Shown: positions 13,439-26,666, counted from the whole stretch's first letter. The stretch is 62,378 nt of DNA, filler included, from Choristocarpus tenellus KU-1152 (GCA_964200185.2; 12 parts of 12 records of this genome joined end to end with filler, not necessarily neighbours in it); one strand, 5' to 3'. Made by a program: numbers and translations. Notes: generated by a model not told the origin, from the letters alone.

Positions 13439-13695
13439 GAGTCAAAATGTCTTAGAGGGTAGAGCCGCGTCCATTTGGGGGCCAAAATCCAATGTTGCGA
13501 TTTTGATGTAATTTTGGCTATCATCTTTGTAAGGAAGTGTGAATATCCTTGTTCAGGACATACCTTTTCAAAACATATACATTTTACCTACTCCAAAATA
13601 TTTTGGAGTAGGAACATGTCAAAAAACCCCGTGGGAAGCCAAGCCCCAAATGGACAAACAGGGAAAAACCTGTACCCTCTAAAGTAATTTCACTC
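13439..13695 (-). mobile_element. MITE family A
   Basis: Reverse-orientation copy, GAGTCAAAATGTCTTAGAGGGTA..TACCCTCTAAAGTAATTTCACTC. Confidence 0.9.
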
Positions 13696-13761
13696 TTTAA
13701 CACTCTACTGCTCACAATTATACTTGTAGAGCAACGTGCAGCACCTTGGGCGATATATATA

Positions 13762-14770
13762 TTTCCTCCATTTGGAATAAAATATAACACATAACGTTTG
13801 CAACCCCGATGAAGAAGCAAGAATATTTTTTCATGTATTCGTATTTTTCATGGGTGCACAGGCACTAAATGGTTGCCCATCAAAATCTCTAGAGAAATGG
13901 GGCAGCCTACACCTATACATGATTGCGCCCCGGAAGTTCTCAAAAACTCTACTACAGCATAGTATTTCACTGCGTCCCCTGGGGCATTCAGGGGGATCTT
14001 GCCCGCCTTCTCGACCTTTTCTTTGCTAAAAGGGTAAATTTTGAAGATGTTGTTAACCTTGGACACCAGCACGTCACTGTAGACTGCGAGAAGACTCTGC
14101 CAGACGCGCTCTAGTATCTCCAGGGGGTACACATGGAAAGCCTCCATTTTAGCCTCCACCACCTCCTCTGTGTTGGTCACCCTCAAGTCTTTCTTCAGTT
14201 GCTGGACGGAATGAAAGAACCCCAGGTCTTTTGACGTTGAGACCAAGTGAGTGGGCTGGCTGGGTCTCTGTGATAACCTCGTGCCCTGCCGCCTCTTCGA
14301 TTGCCTCAATAATCCTCCCCTTGATGTGTGGCTTTGCCCTCTCCTGCTGCACGAAGATGGTGTGTCCTTCTGGCCTAGGCATGCGGGCCTTGATTGCCGG
14401 GATGACATCCTAGATCATGAGCTTGCTGTATCTCTCGCCGTTAACCATGGCTGGCTCGTAATCCTTGCTGCTCTAAACGTGGTGTTTCCAGGGGCGCTGA
14501 GCAACCCTGGTGTCTACGATTGGCCAGATCCAGATTTTCCCATCGAACTACACACCCTCTTGGAGAGCTTCGAAGGGCTGGTCACAGCTGCAAAGAACAT
14601 CACCTTCGTCATGTAACGCTTTTTCTGTACCCATAGAGGTTTGGTGGGGTCTCCAGTGGGGTGCAGGTACACACACCTTGCCCATCTTTGAGGATGTAAA
14701 ACTCTTCTTATCCACATGCATCCGAACCTATGTACCCTCTGTCGCAGAAGTCTGGACCCTTACGTTCTAG
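13762..14770 (-). mobile_element. Mariner-like (DD39D, Soymar/Stowaway-type) transposon, 5'-truncated and decayed
   Basis: Transposase motifs MHVDKKSFY, KVMFFAAV, FDGKIWIWP, IFVQQERAKPH and DLGFFHSVQQL. One TIR (TTTCCTCCATTTGGAATAAAATATAAC) follows TA at 13760-13761. Homologous to the 17050-18774 copy. Confidence 0.9.
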
Positions 14771-16191
14771 CTCTTCAGGATGACCTCCGATTACAAAACG
14801 GACCTTTCCGTTGGATTCCTCAGGATATGCACATGATATATCTAAATTTCAAATAATTCTTGTTAGAATTACGTTCTAAAACGGGTCCAAGAAGAATGGT
14901 ACATAGAATGGAGTATAATATCATTTTTATGTTCCTGCTGCAGCGTGGAGCCACACAACACTCTCACAACCCCCATGGCAAGCCCCCACAGGCCTTTGTG
15001 AGTCAAAGTTGTTAAAACATAGGCTACTCATTTGTTTCTTGTTGATATGATACACAATACTACCNNNNNNNNNNNNNNNNNNNNNNNNNNNNNNNNNNNN
15101 NNNNNNNNTTAATTAATTAANNNNNNNNNNNNNNNNNNNNNNNNNNNNNNNNNNNNNNNNNNNNGGGGGGAGTTGCAAATATCCATCGGTTGATATTTAG
15201 CTGAAGCACCAATAAAATATATGATGTTTTTAAAAAATGAAAAAAATAGCTACGTAATGGATTTTCGCATATTGCAAACTTTCGACACGTTGAATAGTAT
15301 GAGACTCAATACTATGACATGCTTGGAACACTCCAGTCCAAAACATATACAGCACTGAGTGATGCCCGTAACACTCTGGTCCAAGATATGCACAACATAC
15401 ATACAGAAAGGGTCAACAAAGTGTTCTCAAAGCGTGGTGTTGCTCAAGGTGTGCCAAACTGCAACTTCAGCTAACCCAGCCTGCCACCATACCAATACAA
15501 ACTGTACTGTACTGTCCACCCAAAGATGTCACTCAACACCAAAAAACGCAACGCACAAATAGATCACTGATCTCAGCATGATTGACAAATAACAAAGGTG
15601 TTGGCTAGTACACTGTAGAAACACCCCACCCAACTTCATCACAAATGCGTTCAGTCTATAGGTCCCCAAGACTACTGCAGTGCGTTTGCGAATAAATGTG
15701 TGAGTAAGATTTCCAAACACCACAAACCACAAACAGTAGTACCTTCAACCTGTGTATCCATGTCACCTCCACTCACCTCTCATTCAACTGTTGTCCCAGA
15801 AGATCGCCTTTGTAGGATTAGAGAGATTATGAGAAGGTTGTGACTGACCACATCATTCTGCATCGAGCCACGCACCAGCATATTTTGACGCTTGGCCTTC
15901 AGGAAGAAACTCGTGGTAAGGGGCAATTATATGTACAACCACGTCCTGGCTCAAGTTCGATCTCCTTTCACTGCCATGTGCATCCGATAAGCCGAATCCC
16001 TGAGAAAGGATCATTTTTGAACTGCGCAACTGATGTACAAAATGAAACCTTGAAAAGTGTGAAGTGGCCCTCTCATGGTCGGCTACAGGTACGCAGCCCG
16101 CTGAAGACACAAGTAGTCGCATCTTGTTAAAAACAGAGAGCGAGTCCGTGTTATTATTGTCTTCTGCTAGAATCTAACCTTGCTTGGTAAA

Positions 16192-16813
16192 TTACCGTTT
16201 GACGGAAAATCCCTGTGCAGCCTGGACACCGGGCATGTTAAGGAGTTTTACCTTCTTGTAGCCATACCGCAGCATGTGCTCGATGGTCTGGAAGTCTGTG
16301 CGTGACACAGAATAAGCCTGTGCATGATGCCAAGGGTGGAAGGCTGTCTTACAAAAAATCAGGTGTTTCACCGACTGCTACGACTCAGAATTCGATACAA
16401 GTGGGACATATCGTGAACCGGTCGTCCGACTGGTCTCCTCAAACAATGTAACTAATGTAAATTGTAAACCAGACACTTGACCATGTCACAAATAATCTTT
16501 TGCGTGCAACAATACTGCGCAACATGAATACATAACACTAAATGCCACAGTTTTTTGTTCATCTCTAGCATCAGTCATGAGCTACCGATCAGCGAGAACG
16601 AAGAGAAGCATCACAGGTCACTTCGACCTCACCAAGCAAAACAACTATATTACAAGAGATTGCCCCCAACATCACCTGCTCACGGAACTCCTTTTTTGCA
16701 AATTCCACGGTTCCATTCCTCATTCCGTTCCCCTTCGCCCTTGCTGCCCTCAACACTTTCCGATACAAATGCACTACCTCCATCTGCACTCCAGACATCC
16801 TGGATGGGGACAT
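16192..16813 (-). CDS. SDHAF1: LYR-motif protein, succinate dehydrogenase assembly factor 1-like
   Basis: Exons 16813-16676 and 16317-16192 (GT-AG, phase 0) give MSPSRMSGVQMEVVHLYRKVLRAARAKG..KKEFREQ|AYSVSRTDFQTIEHMLRYGYKKVKLLNMPGVQAAQGFSVKR*. SG.Q.EV..LYR and DF..IEH.LR.G are SDHAF1 hallmarks. An alternative ATG lies at 16834. Confidence 0.88.
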
Positions 16814-17049
16814 CCCTTCTACGCTGCTCAGCATTCCAGGCCCCAGAGGGCAGAGGTCAGTAGGCAGGGAAACGGCTAAGTGCTAGCGGGACAAGATAAT
16901 GCAGTACAAGGAATCCGTTCGATCCCTTCTGCGGAAGCACACAATGACACCAGGTTTTGTTCCTCTCCTCCTAAATAACGTATTATAGTTGTACAACACA
17001 ATAAACACTAACATCTCTCTATACGCGCCTACAACCACTACAAAAAGTA

Positions 17050-18774
17050 CTTCCTACGTTCGGAATTAAATCTAACATAACCTTTCCAGTCCCAACGAAG
17101 AAGCAAGATGTTTTCTAGCATGTTCATATTTTTGAGGTGTATCGTTCACACACTAGAAATATCTTATTTTAAATGGGGCAGCCTACACAAATTTATGATT
17201 CCACCCCTGAAGCCCTCCAAAACTCCATCCCAGCACAGCTCTTCGTCGCATCCACCGGACCATTTCGGGAGGAGATTGCTCACCTTTCTCAGCCATTTCC
17301 TTGCTAAGGTGGGAAATTCTAAAGATGTCTGAACCCTTGAACCCCATCACTTCACTGTAGACTACAAAGGGCCTCAGCAGGACGCACTCTAGTGTCTCCC
17401 AAGGGTACATACACATCCAACACCTCCATTGTGGTCTCTGCTACCAGCTCCTCTGTGTTGGTCACCCCCACGTCTTCCTTCAGTTAGTTGCTGGATGGAA
17501 TGAAATAATTCCATGTCGTCGACATCGAGGTCAGGTGAGTTGACTGGGTCTCTATGACATTGTCGTCCCCCACCCCCTCCTCGATTGCCTCCATGATTCC
17601 CCCCCTTGGTGTATGTGGCCTTGCCCTGTCCTACTGCAAGAAGATGGTGTGTCCTTCCACCCTAGGCATGTATGTAGGCCTTGATTATTGGTGTGACATC
17701 CTCGACCATGAGCTTCTTATACCTCTGCCCCTCCAAAGTGGCTGGCACAAGCACCTTTGTGCCCTTGGGCCGGTGCTTGCTGGAGCACGGAGCAACCTGA
17801 GTGTCCATAATTGCCCAGATCCCAATTTTTCCATCAAACCACACCCCATTGGAGAGCTTTCTATGGTGAACCACAGCTGCAAGGAATATCACGTTCGTAA
17901 TGTAACGCTTATTCTGTGCCAATATGGGATACAGGTATACACCTTGCCCATCTTTGAGGATAAAAAACCACTTCTTTTCCAAATGCAATTAGTCATATGG
18001 ATCGTCCACTAGTACTTACCCCCCTCCTGTGCGTGTTGGCTGATGACGAAACCCACCCTGCTGTTTTTTTATTGAAATGAGAGGACTGGCTTAATCCATC
18101 GCTTGACCTTCTTCACCTTTTCACGCTTACATAGATCCCACAACGAAACAAGGGAGACCCCAGCTTTGACCGCCCATTGGTGGAAGGACGTGTGAAGGGA
18201 CATCACAAATATCAAGGATACTTGTACGGCGGCCACATCTCCCCTTGCAATATTGTACAAGGTCCATGCATTCACCCCATGCGATCTGGTTATCATGCTC
18301 CTTCAGATGACGGAACAGAAGAGATTTAGGAAATTCCAAGGTCCTCCGCAATGGTCGCCACCATCCCCTGGGCCATCTGAATCTCGCGCCCTATTGCTCC
18401 AGGCGTTGTGACATCACGCTGCTTTTTATTGGGATATTTGAGCCTGGACCCCACACAGACTTCTGAGTCGAAGAATTGAGACCAACGGGAGATGATGGGA
18501 TGAGCAAGTCGCTGAATGACGGGGGGCCTTCATCCTAGGCATCCCAATGAACACCCGCTTTGACAGTTTCAGGAGGTTTTTGAATCCTGTCAAATGTCAC
18601 TTGGTCGGCTTTGCACTGATGATCCTCCACAGTCATAAGAGCCCACCATCTCAAACTTGCACATATATCTATCTATATTAGAACTAAGCCTCGCCCAGAG
18701 GGTTTGTCACGTGGGTTGTTCCAGGGCGAGAACAGGGCTAAAGTTGCGTTAAATTTTATTCTGAACGGAGGAAG
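17050..18774 (-). mobile_element. TIR-complete mariner-like (DD39D) transposon with pseudogenised transposase
   Basis: TIRs CTTCCTACGTTCGGAATTAAATCTAAC and GTTAAATTTTATTCTGAACGGAGGAAG, both flanked by TA. Motifs MHLEKKWFFI, FLAAV, WFDGKIGIW and NSPDLDVDD, with multiple stops and frameshifts. Confidence 0.93.
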
Positions 18775-19946
18775 TATTGATTGTCTTTCTGCACAGCTGG
18801 GGGTGAAAGAGTTCCTTGTGATGTACGAGTACATAACGTTTTCGGCTTCCTGATCAATCTACTTGTAAGTACAACTTTGGAAATAATGATACACCACCCT
18901 ACTATTTTTTAGGAGTAAAGTACAAATCAACAAGTGTGTGGTGCAGACAGCATCTCCATGTTGGTCAATATATGTGCAGTCCCTCCGCGTTGCAAGCAGC
19001 TATACTCCTGGTCGATCTACACTCGTGCATTGCAAGAGGGCTATAGTAATGTCTCTCAGATAACCTTTACCCATAAAGCCGGATGGTCACAGGTAAGGTT
19101 TGTTGGATATCTCAAATCACAACCTCGACTGCTTGCGGTTAGTTTCTGGTTTCATCCTGCTGGCATGCAAGACTGGATTCCTAAACACCCCTACCTTTCC
19201 CTCTATCATTCCAAACATTTCAGGGTCTCCCTACAAAGAGACCAGCTCATCCGATCGGAAATCTGGACAATGTAAGCTTCATTTCAGCTCCCATCGCCAT
19301 GAGGAGTGGCAGCCAGTCCTGCGAAAACTACAACAGCCTCAGAAGGTGTATGAAAGTGGGTGGGGATCGCGGGGGCTATTTGCAATTGATTCGCAGTACC
19401 ATTTGCCATGAGCATGAAGACGCCGTGCACAGGGTTTTTCTACGTTTTTGAAGTCCTTGACCCTTCACAGTGTATGGTGAGTACCTGAAACGAGGTCACT
19501 GGATCTACATTGGATGTCGCACATGCCTATTCCTGAAGGTGCAAGGAGTATGCACACACGGATTCATCCATCCACTCCTTCAACGGTTTCATAACAGCGG
19601 ATGAGAAAGTTCTGTTACAAAACACTCCATAGCTTACCTCCACGGGATGCGTACCTCCAATCAACAAGCCTGTAGATGGCGCTGATGCACGTACAAGGCG
19701 CCTGAGATGTATCGATGGCCTATTGACCAGAGGAGTTGGTGGTTATCAGGTTAGCAGATGAAGGTATAGATATTGTCAGGGTAAGTGTACAACGATCAGG
19801 ACTGAGAGCTTCAGTGGTTTTGTCCTCATGAAGTGAGTTCTGAAAGGGTTCAAATTTCAGAAGCGGTAATACAACTTGAAACTCTTTTCTTTATTCTAAG
19901 TTGCAGATTTTACACTGTAATTATAGTGCAACGAACTTTCCCATAT

Positions 19947-20132
19947 GGGTCAAAGTATCTGAAGGGGGGTGGCGACTGTCCATTTGGGGTCTATTTTTCC
20001 ATGTCACAATTATTGGGTGATTTGGTTACATGTGTTGGATGGAAAATGTAAGTGCACCTTTCCTGGTCAGGGCCCAAATGGAAACCCTGGTGTAACCCCC
20101 CCCCCCCCACCCACCCCCACATAATTTGAGCC
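19947..20132 (+). mobile_element. MITE family B
   Basis: GGGTCAAAGTATCTGAAGGGGGG..CCCCCACATAATTTGAGCC. Confidence 0.85.
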
Positions 20133-20297
20133 AGTTGCCAAAAGTACGGTAATTGTCACTGAGCACCCCTAACTCTGAAGATCAGACCTTTGTAACATGC
20201 AAAGGAGTTCAATTGTAGTACTGTACCACAAAATGGAATAGGCAGTTGTCTCTACTCCAAACAGAAAGGATAATGAGAAACATTAATTGTAGTCAGA

Positions 20298-20642
20298 GAG
20301 TCAAATTATCTTAAAGGGTGGAGTCGCGTCCATTTGGGGTCCAAAATCCAATGTTCCGATTTTGATGTAATTTTGGCTATCGTGTTTGATAGGAAGTGTC
20401 AATATCCTTGTTCGGACACAACTTTTCGTAACGTATACATTTTACCTACTCTGAATGTTTCGCAATAATAGGAGAATGTCATAAAAAAAATATAGGAAAT
20501 GTGTAAAACCACGAAAGGATGTGTCCGGAACAAGGATATTGACACTTCCTAACAAACACAATAGCCAAAATTACATCAAAATCGCAACATTGGATTTTGC
20601 TCCCAAACGGGCACGGCTCTACTCTCTAAGATACTTTGACTC
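20298..20642. mobile_element. Palindromic MITE-A derivative (two copies of the same end in inverted orientation)
   Basis: 20298-~20445 and ~20494-20642 are reverse complements, and both correspond to the GAGTCAAAGTATCTTAGAGGGTAGAGCCGCGTCC end. Confidence 0.8.
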
Positions 20643-22558
20643 TATGGGTTGCCTGCATGAAAACTTACTGCTCGCACTGGTTGGAGCGCGAGAAGCAGTA
20701 CATACGCTAATCACCTGTAACAACTCCAATGCAATCCCTACATGGTGTCATAGAAAGGATGTCAGTATGCGCATCATGTTCCTGGGTGTGCAAATACTGG
20801 CTCGAATTTCGGTGGAGTGAAGGCCCCACGTCAATTCATAATGAACAGCATGCAAACGGCTAAACATACAGGTGAGCTACAACACATGACCAAGGGGCAA
20901 GCTCAAAACGAAACTGCTATTAATAGTTGCAACCTTCCAGTGTATTCAAGGTCGAGATAGATCTGGCAACCATTAGTAGTCTTTGTTCCAGAAATTCTCA
21001 AACATTTCTGCAACCCCTCACAGTCTATTCATTAGCTTTTTATTCCCCACATTAGAGAGATGGTGAACCGCGCGCGCGAGAGAGAGAGTTTTAAGTCTCA
21101 TTTGCACTCCCAAGTGTGGATGTTCAGGGTTCAGACGTGGTGGAGGTCATGAACAAGCTTGAAGAAGACGTTGAAGGCTAATCTTCCACATCTGTGGATA
21201 TAACTCGGTCGATTGGGGTGGAGATGGATGTGTTGGACGGGCCCATACCCTACTCTGGATTCCAATACTTATCTGAGAAAGAATGTGAAGCCGGACTACG
21301 CAACCAGTCGACAAACCTTGATCATTCATCGTAAGCTGTGAGAAAGTAGAACTATACGCACTGCAGGATGGTACTCAGCCCAGATGTGTTGGTGTGGCTA
21401 CTGAAGATGAGAAGACCCACAAGACATGCTCCAACCTCACATTTAAATCCAACGTCACAAGTATCTTTGGAAGTGCACCTGGACCACAGGAGACTATGCA
21501 AAGCATCTCTCACACAGATAGCTAACATCCAGCCAGATAGTGAGCCAATCAACATGTACACCAAATCCAGGGATTTTACCTTGCAGTATTTCAATGTAGA
21601 CAAGAATTGTTGCACATGGCCCAGCGTGTCAACATATACCAATTCAACATTCTAGACCATGACTTTAGGGTCTCCCTGTCACAGGGACATGCGTGACCTC
21701 AAGGCTATACAGGGTACTGATAGCTTTAATTTGTGTATAATGCCTTTTGAATTTATGTAGTAGGTTAACTTCAATCATATACTCCTGTCATCCGTTCGTG
21801 CTCTTGCTGTTTAATATATACCATTTACATTCCTATGACCGCTTTTCAGGTTCTACCAGGTCTGTTAACAGATCAAGGAGTTCACAGTTTGCCTGTCACA
21901 TTGACTTCTCCTATCCGAGCTGAAGCACCCAGCATAGCAACTATGACACTTTGACTGATTGGAGCATGAAACAGGGCCGGTCCACGTACTTGAAGAGTGG
22001 GAGTGATGTCTTAATACACTTGTCAAGATTATGCTTGACCATTTGTGATAATAAGATTCGAAGTAATATTTTATGTACGCACAGACGATGATGCGGGGCA
22101 TTAAGGGTATTTAGGTGGGGTATTTGACCAGAAGCAATTGGCAGAATGTTAGAATCGGAGTGTTTCTGACGTGTGCTAGAAAACTATTGAGTCATTTTGT
22201 ATTCTGAGTCATTTACTGTAAGGTTTGGTGAGCCCCATCGAGTGATGGTGTCTCACTCTCTTGTCAACTGTGATACAAGCTAATAAATAATAATATAACT
22301 GGTTGGGTAGGACAACAGATCGTCAAGGACAGCTTAACGACACTTTCTCTTTGTGATCCACCTCCATAGGGACTAACATCGCCTATCCTTAAATAACCCT
22401 TCAAATTTGCTACACCTTGTGCATACAACCTGCAAGGTGCTGAACAATGACAAAGGTCCAAGAATGAAAAGGAGGAAGGAAATCCTCCCAGCTCCTCCTT
22501 GCAAGTACCTAGTATGTATCACTTTGTACTGTAAACTACTGCTTACTCTGGTAAGAAT

Positions 22559-22621
22559 GAGGGAAAGTATCTTAGAGGGTATGAGTTTTGCCCTGTTTGT
22601 CCATTTGGGGCTTGGCTTCCC
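22559..22621 (+). mobile_element. MITE family A, truncated by gap
   Basis: GAGGGAAAGTATCTTAGAGGGTATGAGTTTTGCCCTGTTTGTCCATTTGGGG. Confidence 0.85.
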
Positions 22622-22932
22622 NNNNNNNNNNNNNNNNNNNNNNNNNNNNNNNNNNNNNNNNNNNNTTAATTAATTAANNNNNNNNNNNNNNNNNNNNNNN
22701 NNNNNNNNNNNNNNNNNNNNNAGTTACAGTTTATTCTGCAACTTTTAGATGAATCGGAGTTCCCCCTTTTGGGGTTCCCCACGCGTGTATACTGCTCGCG
22801 CCAGTTAAAGTGCGGGAAGAAATACTCGCGTTATTCGCCAGTGACATCTGTTGTGGCCATGGTTTGTACGATAGTCAACAATCCATAATAGAACACGAGA
22901 TATATTTCTCAAGAGATCAATACATCACCTGG

Positions 22933-23194
22933 GAGTGAAAATATCTTAGAGGATACGAGTTTTGGCCTGTTTTTCCGTTTGGGGCTTGGCTTCCGACGGT
23001 TTTTTTTTATGACATTTTACCTACTCCGAAATGTTCAGAGTAGGTCAAATGTATATGCTACAAAAAGGTGTGTCCGGATCAAGGGTATATTGATACTTCC
23101 TAACAAACAAGAAAAACAAAATTACATCATAATCGAAACATTGGGTTTTGGTCCCCAAATGGACACGGCTCTACCCTCTAAGATACTTTGACTC
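22933..23194 (+). mobile_element. MITE family A with 4-bp TSD (CTGG)
   Basis: ctgg|GAGTGAAAATATCTTAGAGGATA..TACCCTCTAAGATACTTTGACTC|ctgg. Confidence 0.93.
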
Positions 23195-23789
23195 CTGGCA
23201 GATAGGTGGCAACTCTACTTATCACAAGTAATGACTCCCACCAACCCCTCCATCCTATACTATGTAATGTATCGTCATCCCAGAACAAATCGGTATTCAA
23301 GTCTCAAACGCCTACCGCATAGTCTTTGTGTCAAGGCTTCCCGCATAGAACTAGTAAGTATAGTTTGTATGTTGACCATATTTACCATGTTGACTTCAAC
23401 AAAAACTCTCAGGTTCTCAAAGATATAAGGAGTCATGACACGTTCCCTCCTATACCCTGTCCCCCTGTTGCAGGTACACAAACCCCTGTGGGATCTATCC
23501 CCTCACAGACGGACGTGCTTAATATACTTAGAAATATCTAGATAGTAGTTCCCTTGAGATCACGGCTTTGGAGTCCCTCTTTGCAACCTTGAGCCCGTGT
23601 AAAAGAGTGTAGGTTGCCTTACTGTCTGCACTGGTTTGCATCAATGACCTGCACTTGAGGTCATGGCTTCAGGGTCTCTCTTCACGACCTGGAGAATACG
23701 GGCCACCTTACTGTGTCAACCGGGGCGCACCAATGGCCTGTGCCCCAGACCAGGACTTCGAAGCCTCCCTCCAATGGAGGGAAGACCTC

Positions 23790-24300
23790 GAGATTATGCA
23801 TGGTGGTGCTGGCAGCATTACCACAGTAGCGTGTGTTACAGGCGATATGTCTTGATGGCGATTTCATAAACACCATTATGAAATTGAAGTTCTAGATTTG
23901 ATATATTTGTACTTGATTATTTGTTTATTTTTTGGTCACTATGGTCCCCGATTGTGATAAGACATTGATGATCGTTTCCTTTTTATACGATTATATTGAT
24001 GATAATCTAAGTGAGAGATCCAGCATACGTGACGACTTGTGCATCAGGAGTCCTATACGTACATCAGTATCATCTATAGGCCCGTAGGTTGGACCTATAC
24101 ATCCTGTGGAGGTAAGCATTCGGGGGCGCCTGTAACATGGAGGTCCTACCGCCTCTCTTCAATTCCATGTGTCTCGATTTTCTGTACAGTAGGTTCCATT
24201 TTATTTGCATACTCACTCTTCTCATCCGTTCGTGCTCTTGTTAATCGTTTGCGTTCTCCTACATTGCAATCACCGCCTTTCAGGTACAGAGGTAACCAGC
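23790..24300 (+). repeat. Diverged dispersed repeat, possibly LTR-derived
   Basis: Aligns with ~25390-25720 (GTCTT..GGC..TTTCATAAAC.CCATT.TGA..TTGA.GT..A.ATTTGATATA) and with ~21780-21860 (TCATCCGTTCGTGCTCTTG..ACCGC.TTTCAGGT). Confidence 0.55.
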
Positions 24301-24790
24301 AGTTCGATCAGGTTACAGCTCAGGTGCAGGTGGCTAAGGGAACACAAGGTGTACTTTGTCTTTGACCCACAGGTACACCGATCAAGAAGGTATCGCACAA
24401 TGAGAAAGGATAGAGACTGGATATTCGGGCTGAGTATCTCGGAAGATACAAAAGGAGAGCAGGACAAGCCAGATATTTTCAGTTTTCGGGAGGGGTTAAC
24501 AAGAGCACGCTGGAGATGGCAATAGGGAGGGAGTTTGTTACATATGAATGGGTGGGCAAAAGAAAACAACTAGATTTGGTTACACTGAGGAGAAAATATT
24601 TATGGGACAGTATCCTATTTCTAAGCGACAGAGACACTATTGTTGTGCTTTGTACTTGTTTGTATTCTTTGTTCTGAAGGGGGAGAGTCCTTTCAATGAT
24701 AGTGCCCGAATTCTATATTATTGTGAGACATTATTTCCTGTATTTTTTAATGCTCGTTGTCTTAGGGAGGGAGGGCCTTTCTATGGCAAT

Positions 24791-25047
24791 TTGCCAAAGT
24801 ATCTTAGAGGGTAGAGCCGCGTCCATTTGGGGATCAAAATCAAATTCTGCGATTTTGTCGTAATTCTGGTTATCTTGTTTGTTAGGAAGTGCCAATGTCA
24901 TTGTTTCGGACACACCATTTCATAACGCATACATTTTACCTACTCCGAAACATTTTGGAGCAAGACATTGTAAAAAAAACCCGGCGGAAGCCAAGCCCCA
25001 AATCGACAAACAGGGAAAACCTCGTACCCTCTAAGATAATTTCTCTC
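24791..25047 (-). mobile_element. MITE family A
   Basis: Reverse copy, CAAAGTATCTTAGAGGGTAGAGCCGCGTCCATTTGG..TACCCTCTAAGATAATTTCTCTC. Confidence 0.9.
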
Positions 25048-26575
25048 AATACCCTTTTTCTTTTAAAGGGGGACAGTCCTCTCATGGTAGTACCCTATTT
25101 CGACGCGAGTAGTGTGAGACTCTGATGTAGGAGGATTTCTGTTGAACGTTGGGTCAATGGCAAAGTGAGTGCTGTGAAGTGCGAGTATCACGCTGGCATA
25201 TCTGTTGTCAGGGCAAACGCTGGATGCGGGTTTCCCTCCAAACTTCCTCCTCCGCTAGGTTCCTCAACACTGCGTACTGAATTGTTTACTCCTGGAAGTG
25301 ATAATCATTTTATTCCTGCACCGATCGAGATAGGACAGGGAATGACACTTCTTCTCATTGTCTAATCACCAGTTCTTCGTATTGAAGCAGGTATGCTTCA
25401 TGCTGGGAGGTTATGCACAGGGGATGTGTCTTACTGGCAGTTTCATAAACGCCATTGTGACCTTGACGTCCAAAATTTGATATATTGTACTTCTTGACTA
25501 TTTGTTTTCTATAATAATGGTAAGGCCATATACTTATTTTCCTTAGCCACCATGACAGTCCTTTCTGTATACCCCAATCAAACCAATAGAATGAATAATC
25601 GTTGTGAGATATCCAATATATTTGAAGATGTTTCTATTAAGATTCCCTCTACGAGCTTCGTCTACACTCCACAGGCTTGAGGATTGGAGCTATCTATCCC
25701 GTCATCGTGAGCTTGTGGAGCGTTTTGTATTAATACCACCTCAACAAAACACAAACTCAGAGCTCTATCTCATCCTGTGACGCCTTCTTCTCACCTCCTT
25801 CGCAATTGTTTGTTCCAAACTCAGATCTTCTGACTCTATGGCATCCTCGATGACAGTCTTCCCGTCGTCATGGGGTTAATTGTCTTTCCTGGAACACCGC
25901 CATGAGTTTTGCTCTTGGTTTCGACTTCTTCCACATCATCTAACCAAAAACTGAGCGTAACACTTTCATACTCTCACCGCAATTGTAAGGGAAGAGCACC
26001 ATTGGTCTAAGATTGGCACATACATTCTCCCAAGCCTTGACTACTCCACCATAGGTGAATGTGCTTACCTTTTTGGGCGAAGCACCTGATAGAAAGGGGT
26101 CCAACATGTACAAAGCAAGAGCAGAGGTCAAAAACAGGATTCAGGGCGCTAGTCTATGCAATTTACTATATCCCAAATGATCTTTTGTTCTACAATAGTC
26201 AGGGATGATCCTGAACCGAGCCAAGATTCACTACACACTGCACTACTTCGAATGCTATCATTAACTGACTGCTGCACTATGACTAATTGTACTTCCTTCT
26301 GTCAAATTAGGTTCAGCACTCCCATCACCTGTCACTCCTTCTCCTTCCTTGAATCTTCTGGTGGACCCCCCCCCCGCCTCAACGTTCTCCAACTTGGTCT
26401 TGGTCTGGAATATTGTGGTGTAAGCGGTTGTGCTTGCCATACATGGAATAGCATAATCGAAACCAGAATTTCGTGAAAAGAAGTCTGGCGTTGGAAGGGT
26501 TCGAACTCTCCAAATTCATGTAAGATATCTCCCTAAATGAATTATATGCCGTTTCAACAGAATCCTTTGACATAC

Positions 26576-26580
26576 AAAAA
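26576..26580 (-). terminator. Pol III oligo-T terminator for tRNA-Asn
   Basis: TTTTT on the minus strand 12 nt downstream of the tRNA 3' end. Confidence 0.6.
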
Positions 26581-26592
26581 GCAATAATATAT

Positions 26593-26666
26593 CGGTCCCG
26601 GTGAGGATTGAACTCACGACCTCTCGATTAACAGTCGAACGCTCTAACCAGCTGAGCTACGGGACC
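26593..26666 (-). tRNA. tRNA-Asn (GTT)
   Basis: GGTCCCGTAGCTCAGCTGGTTAGAGCGTTCGACTGTTAATCGAGAGGTCGTGAGTTCAATCCTCACCGGGACCG: perfect 7-bp acceptor stem, D arm, anticodon loop CT-GTT-AA, GTTCAAT T-loop; no encoded CCA. Confidence 0.97.

Noticed and set aside
18795-19490. Plus-strand exon-like pieces including GWGSRGLFA (SET-domain-like)
   Set aside because: Could not assemble a consistent frame; stops follow immediately
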